64,000 nt of DNA from an uncultured Bacteroidales bacterium. Its GTDB lineage: Bacteria; Bacteroidota; Bacteroidia; Bacteroidales; UBA7960. Under the pieces are notes generated by a model. It worked only from the letters and a program-made list of their open reading frames with translations. It had not been told where the DNA came from and ran no database searches. A program made the position numbers and the translations under genes. Positions 47,531 through 54,869 of this stretch are shown piece after piece. The stretch is from contig CAYVQC010000009.1 of the NCBI GenBank assembly GCA_964453995.1, positions 16,408 to 80,407 of the forward strand. The letters are read 5' to 3'. Position 1 is the stretch's first letter. Each line of letters opens with the position of its first letter.

Positions 47531-47920
47531 TTATGATTTAATGATTTCTTTAAAGGTGATGATTTTGCGCATGTAAAGATGGGAGAAAAAAGTAGTAACC
47601 CTATCTGCGGCGGGTTGAATCTTTTCTCCCAGTTTTTCTTCGGCAATCCTGCAGATGTCGCGCACTGTGTTTTGCCCGTCTGCCAGCAACCAGGTAGTGC
47701 TGCCCTGCTCATCGAGGCTGAGTTTCATATAGGGATGTTTTAGGCGTGGTTGCAGCCATCGTTTTCCAATGAAATCCGTAAACCGTGGAATGAGAATAAC
47801 CACATTACCCTGATCATCTGTTTCATGCCCATGTTTTCTAACAGGAGTAAGGTCTAGGAAATTGGCCTCTTTTAATATCTTTTTCTTTTCAAAAATCCCC
47901 TTCTCTCTGTAGTTTACCAT
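47531..47920 (-). CDS. PqqD-like (RiPP-recognition-element-like) small protein
   Basis: 129 aa. The C-terminal half, LDEQGSTTWLLADGQNTVRDICRIAEEKLGEKI...RVTTFFSHLYMRKII, resembles the PqqD winged-helix pattern. It lies 5 nt upstream of pepD. Confidence 0.5.
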   Translation of the reverse strand: MVNYREKGIFEKKKILKEANFLDLTPVRKHGHETDDQGNVVILIPRFTDFIGKRWLQPRLKHPYMKLSLDEQGSTTWLLADGQNTVRDICRIAEEKLGEKIQPAADRVTTFFSHLYMRKIITFKEIIKS

Positions 47921-48073
47921 GGTTTTTCTATTGATGCAGTTTTATTTAAGGAATGCAAACCTAACCAATTTTACAAATTAAGACAAGCTTTATCCGTTGT
48001 TCTTCTCTCAAAAATAACAAATGCACTGCTTCAGAAGGTACAGGCACCAGATAGGAACATTGCCGGCAACTAC

Positions 48074-48694
48074 CTACCTATAGAGATGTACTACCATCTT
48101 GGTTTCAAAAAAGGGCTCCCGGAAGAAAAGCTCAATAGGATAGGTCTTGAATTTGTAGCCGGTTTGCTGCAGTTCTTCTAAAAAGTCACCGCCCTTTAGG
48201 TAAAGAATCCCGTTGGGTAATTCATTTTGCTGATGCGAAGAGATATTGTTTTTTACCCATCTAACAAAAGCAGGCAACGCTGTTACGGCCCGGCTTACAA
48301 CGAAGTCAAATTTTTCATCAATATTTTCTGCCCTATCCCTGATGGATGTTACATTTGTAAGGCCTGCAGCTTTTGTGATTTCACGCACTACTTTTATTTT
48401 TTTTTCAATGGAATCAACCAGGTAAAAGGTACATTGAGGAAACAGAATTGCAAGGGGAATACCCGGAAATCCGCCCCCAGTGCCCACATCCATGATCCTA
48501 CTACCGGGTGCAAAGGAAATAACCTTAGAAATTGCAAGGGAATGCAATACATGGTTGGTATAGAAATTTTCCATGTCTTTGCGAGAGATCACATTGATCT
48601 TATTGTTCCATTCCTGATAAAGAGGATATAATTTCTCAAACAGGGCCAGCTTTTCGCTTTCCAGATGGGGAAAATACTTTTTGATTAATTCCAT
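48074..48694 (-). CDS. rsmG: 16S rRNA (guanine527-N7)-methyltransferase
   Basis: Contains WNNKINVISRKD, DVGTGGGFPGIPLAI and VVSRAV. The start is placed at MELIKKYF (ATG at 48694). Confidence 0.85.
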   Translation of the reverse strand: MELIKKYFPHLESEKLALFEKLYPLYQEWNNKINVISRKDMENFYTNHVLHSLAISKVISFAPGSRIMDVGTGGGFPGIPLAILFPQCTFYLVDSIEKKIKVVREITKAAGLTNVTSIRDRAENIDEKFDFVVSRAVTALPAFVRWVKNNISSHQQNELPNGILYLKGGDFLEELQQTGYKFKTYPIELFFREPFFETKMVVHLYR

Positions 48695-48889
48695 CGTTAA
48701 AGGGTCATGTATGTAATATGTCACCCAAAGTACTCAGCACGTTAGTACAGGCACTCAATAATGTTTTTACATTACAAAAATAGACAAAGTAAAGAGGTTG
48801 ATGTTGAATTTGGAAAAAATATGTAGGTTTGCCGGTGCAATGCAGCAAAAGTAAAAGCAAATAATGCGGTACTCAAAAAAGTTGGTCTG

Positions 48890-49906
48890 ATGGATAAAAA
48901 AGGATTTACAATGTTAAACACTCGTTTTTTATTTGTTGTAAAAAGTTTGTCTGTCTGGGCATTCTTGATTGTGCAATCATCCTTAGATCATGCATCTGCT
49001 CAGCAGGGGATGACACTCTCTGAATACATCGAAGCCTATAAAGAAATTGCCATGGAAGAAATGGTTACACATGGCATACCTGCCAGTATTAAGTTGGGGC
49101 AGGGAATTCTTGAATCGGGATTTGGCAACAGCGATCTTGCCGTAATTGCCAACAATCATTTTGGTATAAAATGTCATGGCTGGCAGGGTCGTACCTTTTA
49201 TAAGGATGATGACAAAGTAGATGAGTGCTTTCGGGCCTATGATGATCCCCGCCAGTCGTTTCGCGACCATTCTGAGTTTCTTACCGGACGGCCCAGGTAT
49301 GCTGCTTTGTTTGCACTTGAGATCACAGATTACCGTGGTTGGGCCCATGGATTGAGAAAGGCCGGCTATGCCACAAATCCCCGGTATGCCAAATTACTCA
49401 TTGGGGTAATTGAGCGGCACAAACTTTATGAGTTTGATAAATTGGTAATCGCCTCTGCAGAAATAAACCCCGACACCCCCCAGCTCCAGGGCAAAAGCCA
49501 CAAGGAAATTGTATCTTCCCAACCAACAGGAAATGAAGATTTTCCCACGGTGGGCGTTGGTCGTGACATACTGGAAAACAATCGCATCCGCTATGTGTAT
49601 GCCCGTCAGGGTGATACACCGGAATCATTGGCCCGTGAGCTTGGCTTGTGGGCCTGGGAGATTTACAGGTATAATGAAATGGGCCGCAGTGATCAGCTGG
49701 CCATAGGAGATATTGTATATTTACAGCCTAAAAGAAGAAATGCCAGGCAAAGCTGGCATGTGGTGCAAGAGGGTGAAACCATGTATGATATTTCGCAAAA
49801 ATATGGAGTGAAGTTAAAATTACTATACCGGCGCAATAAAATGGAGCCCGGTACCGAACCTGACCCTGGGCGGAAAATTCAACTCAGGGCATGGCCCTCA
49901 AGGTGA
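48890..49906 (+). CDS. Peptidoglycan hydrolase: GH73 N-acetylglucosaminidase domain plus two LysM domains
   Basis: It has a signal peptide and a glucosaminidase core (GIPASIKLGQGILESGFGNSDLA..NNHFGIK). The two LysM repeats are YVYARQGDTPESLAREL and HVVQEGETMYDISQKYG. Confidence 0.8.
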   Translation: MDKKGFTMLNTRFLFVVKSLSVWAFLIVQSSLDHASAQQGMTLSEYIEAYKEIAMEEMVTHGIPASIKLGQGILESGFGNSDLAVIANNHFGIKCHGWQGRTFYKDDDKVDECFRAYDDPRQSFRDHSEFLTGRPRYAALFALEITDYRGWAHGLRKAGYATNPRYAKLLIGVIERHKLYEFDKLVIASAEINPDTPQLQGKSHKEIVSSQPTGNEDFPTVGVGRDILENNRIRYVYARQGDTPESLARELGLWAWEIYRYNEMGRSDQLAIGDIVYLQPKRRNARQSWHVVQEGETMYDISQKYGVKLKLLYRRNKMEPGTEPDPGRKIQLRAWPSR

Positions 49907-49915
49907 ATTATTGCA

Positions 49916-50440
49916 TCAGGGTTCACCACAGTGTATCCTGACGTGATCTTCAGCTTCTGCATAACCCAACTCCAGTGCTTTTCTCAAATCCCTGCAACCC
50001 GATCTTTCCTGCCTGTTCTTTATTTTTGCCTGCCCCCGGTTGAAATAAGCCTCGGCATAATCGGGCTTTAACAGAATGGCCCTGTTGTAATCAGCAATCT
50101 CACTACTGGCACGGTAGCGGAGTTTATACTTGGTATAGGCACGCCAGAAAAAAACTTCTGCATCATTGGGATAGATCTTAATTGCACGGTCAAAATCAGT
50201 TTTGGCATCCTTGTAATCGCCCGACTGAAATTTGGCATACCCCCGGCCAAAGTACGCCTGGTACAGCATCTCATAGTCAGGTTGAAGACGAATAATACTG
50301 GAAAAATCTTCAATGGCGCCTTTGTAATCTCCCAATTCCATTTTTGCCCTGGCCATCCGGGCAAAATCTTTCACCGTTTGCCCGCAGACATCCTGAAAGG
50401 TTATTGCCGCAAAAAGCATGGTAAAAATAAGGTACTTCAT
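49916..50440 (-). CDS. Secreted TPR-repeat protein
   Basis: 174 aa with a signal peptide (MKYLIFTMLFAAITFQDVCGQ) and 3-4 TPR units (..AYFGRGYAKFQSGDYKDAKTDFDRAIKIYPN..). Confidence 0.7.
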   Translation of the reverse strand: MKYLIFTMLFAAITFQDVCGQTVKDFARMARAKMELGDYKGAIEDFSSIIRLQPDYEMLYQAYFGRGYAKFQSGDYKDAKTDFDRAIKIYPNDAEVFFWRAYTKYKLRYRASSEIADYNRAILLKPDYAEAYFNRGQAKIKNRQERSGCRDLRKALELGYAEAEDHVRIHCGEP

Positions 50441-50871
50441 AGTCTTAGGTTTTTATGTGTTAGCGTATCTTGTATACGAAAAATCGTGCCCTTGTAACAC
50501 AAATGTAAATCATTTTACCCAAAGCACTGGAACAAGGGATTCAGAACCAAGTAAAAACAGGTGAAAAACAGGTATAATTACCCATCGTTTACAGTAGAAA
50601 ACTGCGGGTGAAATTAGTTGATCACATCGGCCTGTGCGAATACTTGTGGGTTTGATCTTATTTGCTGCTATGTTGATGATATTTTAATTGTTTCCGGATA
50701 TGCTTGTTAAAGTCTGTATTTTCTTTTAAAAGATGTGAAAGATATAAAGTAAATCAGGTCAGCTTCTTATGTCTGATCCCCCAATAAATTGTTAACTTTT
50801 TTTTAATAATTTTTTTGAGACCATAATGTTTTTTATATCTTTATCACGGGAATTAATGTAATTGTAGCTTT

Positions 50872-52674
50872 ATGAAGAAAATATTACTATTAATAACACT
50901 TTGTGTTTCGACAAATAACTTGCTATTATGCCAAACAGCCGACCATATCAGGGCAAATCCTCATATTTATCTTTGGGGGGAATCAACCGGAACAACTTTC
51001 CAGCGGGCCGATCAACAGGCACTTGCATATCTGATCAACCAGATATCTGTTTCTGTAGAAAGTAACTTTACACTTTTACAGCAAGAGTTTATAGATAATG
51101 ATGGTAACCGGTATGAAGAAACCTACGAAGGAGTGATCAGCACTTATTCCTCTGCCGCATTGCATAATACGATGCGTATTGTTATATCTAATGAGCCCGA
51201 AGCGCATGTAATGCGATATATCAGGAGAGATGAATTGTCCAAAATATTTGAGCAAAGAGAGCGTAAAATACTCGATTTTGTTAGTCAGGGAGATCTGAAC
51301 TGCAAGCGTTATAGAGCTGCAGATGCCCTTCGTTATTATTACTGGGCTCTGATATTGCTCAAGAGTCATCCCAGGTCAGGTGAAATAACTTACCCTGATC
51401 ATGAAGGTGTTGATCGGTTATTATCGACTATGTTGCACCAAAAAATCAATGAAGTTTTCGACAATCTCATGGTCAGTGTTTCCGATATACGTCAGTCAGA
51501 CAACATGATGCTATATATTCTTGAAATTAAATATAAGAACCAGCTTGCTCAAAGCTTTGATTATACCTATTGGACAGGTCGGGACTGGACCAATATTCAT
51601 AGTGCACGCGATGGATTGGGCGTAGTGGAGTTTCCACAGGAAACAGAACTTAAAGAGATTCAATTGAGGGTAGAATACCAGTTTGTAAATGAAACGGCCA
51701 TTGATAATGAACTTCGTGATGTAATAAGTCAACTGGAGGAAGTACCATTTAAAAACGCCAGTTTTATCGTTCCGGTAGACTATATTATTGCAACAGATGA
51801 AGAAGAGGAGGTGCCTGAAGAATCTTTACCGCAACAGGGCAATATTGAAAGCATCACTGATGCTGAATTGTGGAATGAAAGGATGCAGATACTGATTCAG
51901 GCACTTACTTCGCAAAACCATCAGAAAGCCCGGGAGCTTTTTACCGAAGAAGGCTACGAAATGTATAAGCAGTTACTGGACTATGGGCGTGTCAGAATCC
52001 TTCAGGAGCCGGAGTTTACCTTTTACAGATTCGATGATATGGTAATATGTCGTGCTTTGCCTCTTAGCTTTCATTTTCAGAACAATAACCGCAGCTTTGT
52101 AGAAGATATTGTTTTCAGGTTCAATGAAGATATGAAAATCTCTTCTCTTGCATTTGGATTAGGAGCAAAAGCGGTGGAAGATATCTGGGCAAATAATGCA
52201 TGGAATGAATACGCCCGAATGGTGTTGGTGAACTTTCTTGAGAACTATAAGACTGCCTATGCCTTGAAACGCATTGACTATATTGAAAGTATTTTTCATG
52301 ACGATGCTTTGATTATTACCGGTACTGTATTGGAGAGTGGCGGCTTACCTGATGTTCGGTATACAAGCAATGACCTGGTGCGATATAACCGGTTTAAAAA
52401 AGCCGACTTTATTAGGCATCTTAAACACTCCTTTGCCAGTAATGAATTCATAAATATAAGATTTGAAGACAACTATGTGAGAAAAGCCGGCTGGGGTAAA
52501 GAAGTTTACGGAATCAATATCAAGCAGGATTACTTTTCATCCAACTACGGAGATACAGGATATCTGTTTTTAATTGTAGATGTTGATGATCCGGATCGAC
52601 CAATGATCCAGGTCCGAACCTGGCAGCCCGGCCTGGTAGATATTGAAGAAATGATAGATCTGTCCAATTTTTAG
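50872..52674 (+). CDS. Secreted protein of unknown function (N-terminal region loosely LPP20-lipoprotein-like)
   Basis: 600 aa with the signal peptide MKKILLLITLCVSTNNLLLCQ and a central acidic linker (ATDEEEEVPEES). I recognise no catalytic motif. It is AT-richer than its neighbours and separated from the next gene by 36 nt (18 nt using the tracked start at 52693). Confidence 0.6.
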   Translation: MKKILLLITLCVSTNNLLLCQTADHIRANPHIYLWGESTGTTFQRADQQALAYLINQISVSVESNFTLLQQEFIDNDGNRYEETYEGVISTYSSAALHNTMRIVISNEPEAHVMRYIRRDELSKIFEQRERKILDFVSQGDLNCKRYRAADALRYYYWALILLKSHPRSGEITYPDHEGVDRLLSTMLHQKINEVFDNLMVSVSDIRQSDNMMLYILEIKYKNQLAQSFDYTYWTGRDWTNIHSARDGLGVVEFPQETELKEIQLRVEYQFVNETAIDNELRDVISQLEEVPFKNASFIVPVDYIIATDEEEEVPEESLPQQGNIESITDAELWNERMQILIQALTSQNHQKARELFTEEGYEMYKQLLDYGRVRILQEPEFTFYRFDDMVICRALPLSFHFQNNNRSFVEDIVFRFNEDMKISSLAFGLGAKAVEDIWANNAWNEYARMVLVNFLENYKTAYALKRIDYIESIFHDDALIITGTVLESGGLPDVRYTSNDLVRYNRFKKADFIRHLKHSFASNEFINIRFEDNYVRKAGWGKEVYGINIKQDYFSSNYGDTGYLFLIVDVDDPDRPMIQVRTWQPGLVDIEEMIDLSNF

Positions 52675-52710
52675 TTTTTACCATAAACCTTCATGATTAA
52701 ATGTTTAAAG

Positions 52711-54834
52711 ATGAAGAAACTGTTTTTTGTACTCATATTAATCTTATCCTGCTTTGCGGCATCAGGACAAAACAATATATCAGTTCTTTCCTTCCAGCCC
52801 CTTCCAAATGATCTCGACGCAAGGTTACATCACCCCAGAAGAGATCAGAACGGCGAATTAAGTGCAATTATTAAGGTGGTTACTACACAAACCGGGTTTG
52901 AATGGGAGCCTGATGGCCTTGGTATCGTAGCTTCAGTACCAAAAACCGGAGAAATCTGGCTTTATGTGCCCCGCGGGGCAAGAAGAATCACCATAAAACA
53001 TCCTCATCTTGGTATTTTAAGAAACTATTATTACGATCATCCTATTGAGGCTGGTTCGGTTTATGAAATGGTACTTTCTACAGCTGAAGTTGAATTGGTT
53101 GTTAAAGAAAGCGAGGTTGTTCTCCAGTGGTTTAGCATCCTTTCAGAGCCCGAAGGAGCAAATGTTTATATTGATGATAAGTTTGAGGGACTTACACCAT
53201 TTTATCGTCGCTTGCCCGAAGGGACGTACAATTATATAGTAGAAATGCCAAGATATTATACACAAGCCGGACAAGTTGAGATAAGGGGTGATAAAAGCGA
53301 CCTTGATATAAAACTCCTTCCTGCTTTTGGAAAGATGCAGATTGCTTCTGTTCCCGAAAACGGAATGCTGATTTATCTTAACGGAAATAATACCGGTCTT
53401 ACTACACCTGATACTCTTATCCTTGATAGTAACAAAGAGCACCAGGTAAAACTTATGAGCCAATGGTTTGAACCCCAGGAGAAAACTGTAACAGTTGGCG
53501 ATGGTGAGAAAAGTTTTGAGCTGTTCGAAATGGTGCCTACAGAATTTGGTCATTTAACAGTTACCACTGAACCAGAGGCTGATGTCTATATTAATAATCA
53601 TTTGGTGGGTACGGGAAAAACCACCACGCGTCTCAATCCAGGTTATTATGAAGTAGCCGCCCGGTTGGACAAGTACTATACCGCCCTAAAAGATATCTTG
53701 ATCAACCCAACAGAAGACCAGGAAATAAAGTTAGATCTAAAACCACGAACAGGTTCTCTGGAGGTAATTTCCAATCCTTTTAATGCCCGGGTCTTGATAG
53801 ATGGCAAGTATGTAACAAACACTCCCGCCACAATTGAAGATCTTTTAATTGGAGAATACAAGGTCTTGTTGAGGTTGGATGGTTTTGCCGACATTACCAA
53901 TACAGTAACAATCAATGAGAATGCTACAACACGAATTAATGAGCGGCTTCCTGCAGGAATGCGCTTCAGTGTTTATTCTGATCCTCCGGGGGCAGATCTT
54001 TACCTGAATGATGAACATCAAGGTCAAACACCGGTGCATATCAATATTCTTTACGGGGATTATAAACTGAGACTTGAACTTGGTGACCGGGATATTCAGC
54101 AGAATATAACCCTTGACAAACGAAGTAAGAACGATTGGAACTTTGAGTTTAAAGATTTTCAGGAACCCGAAATGATCATCGTTCAGGGAGGATCTTTTGT
54201 GATGGGGTGTACACGCGAACACCGAAAAATTTGCTTGAATGATGAGAAACCTACCCAGCAGGTTTTACTGAATAACTTCTTTATCAGCAAATATCCGGTC
54301 ACCCAAGATCTATGGCAATCGGTAATGGGAGAGGATTCTCACCTGGTTAACAATTGTCCCGATTGTCCGGTTACCCAGGTAAGCTGGTACGACACCCAGG
54401 AGTTTATCAAAAGAATCAATCAGATCACCAAAAAGAACTACAGGCTTCCCACAGAAGCCGAATGGGAGTATGCTGCGCGGGGTGGGTTAATGGGAAACTC
54501 AACACTTTATGCCGGTTCTGATAATCTTACTTATGTAGGATGGTTTCTGGAAAACAGTGACGGGATTATTCATCAGGTTGGCGAAAAAAGACCCAATGAA
54601 CTTGATATTTACGATATGAGTGGGAATGCATGGGAGTGGTGCAATGATTGGTATGGCCCTTATACTCCGGAGGGAAAGCAGAATCCAACAGGCCCTTCCA
54701 CCGGTACGATGAAGGTAGCACGTGGTGGTGCTTTTGCCAGCGACAGCCAGAGTTGCCGCACAACATCACGCAATCGGTCAAACCCAGATTCCAGATCAAC
54801 CCTGTTGGGATTCAGACTCGTACTGGATATCTAA
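52711..54834 (+). CDS. Signal peptide + conserved N-domain + about 5 PEGA-like repeats + C-terminal FGE-sulfatase (SUMF1/EgtB/PvdO-type) domain protein
   Basis: The start is placed at MKKLFFVLILILSCFAASGQ. PEGA-like repeats include PEGANVYIDDKFEGLTP, EADVYINNHLVGTG, PFNARVLIDGKYVTNTP and PPGADLYLNDEHQGQTP. The C-terminal domain carries YPVTQDLW, LPTEAEWEYAARGG, GNAWEWCNDWY and GFRLV. Confidence 0.75.
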   Translation: MKKLFFVLILILSCFAASGQNNISVLSFQPLPNDLDARLHHPRRDQNGELSAIIKVVTTQTGFEWEPDGLGIVASVPKTGEIWLYVPRGARRITIKHPHLGILRNYYYDHPIEAGSVYEMVLSTAEVELVVKESEVVLQWFSILSEPEGANVYIDDKFEGLTPFYRRLPEGTYNYIVEMPRYYTQAGQVEIRGDKSDLDIKLLPAFGKMQIASVPENGMLIYLNGNNTGLTTPDTLILDSNKEHQVKLMSQWFEPQEKTVTVGDGEKSFELFEMVPTEFGHLTVTTEPEADVYINNHLVGTGKTTTRLNPGYYEVAARLDKYYTALKDILINPTEDQEIKLDLKPRTGSLEVISNPFNARVLIDGKYVTNTPATIEDLLIGEYKVLLRLDGFADITNTVTINENATTRINERLPAGMRFSVYSDPPGADLYLNDEHQGQTPVHINILYGDYKLRLELGDRDIQQNITLDKRSKNDWNFEFKDFQEPEMIIVQGGSFVMGCTREHRKICLNDEKPTQQVLLNNFFISKYPVTQDLWQSVMGEDSHLVNNCPDCPVTQVSWYDTQEFIKRINQITKKNYRLPTEAEWEYAARGGLMGNSTLYAGSDNLTYVGWFLENSDGIIHQVGEKRPNELDIYDMSGNAWEWCNDWYGPYTPEGKQNPTGPSTGTMKVARGGAFASDSQSCRTTSRNRSNPDSRSTLLGFRLVLDI

Positions 54835-54869
54835 GAGTATATTGTTATTAACAATACCGGGTACTTCTT

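Noticed and set aside
54839-54855. AT-rich palindrome TATTGTTATTAACAATA between the convergent PEGA/FGE and comEC genes, considered as a bidirectional terminator
   Set aside because: The stem is all A/T with a 1-nt centre and is not followed by a T-run. It is too weak to call.
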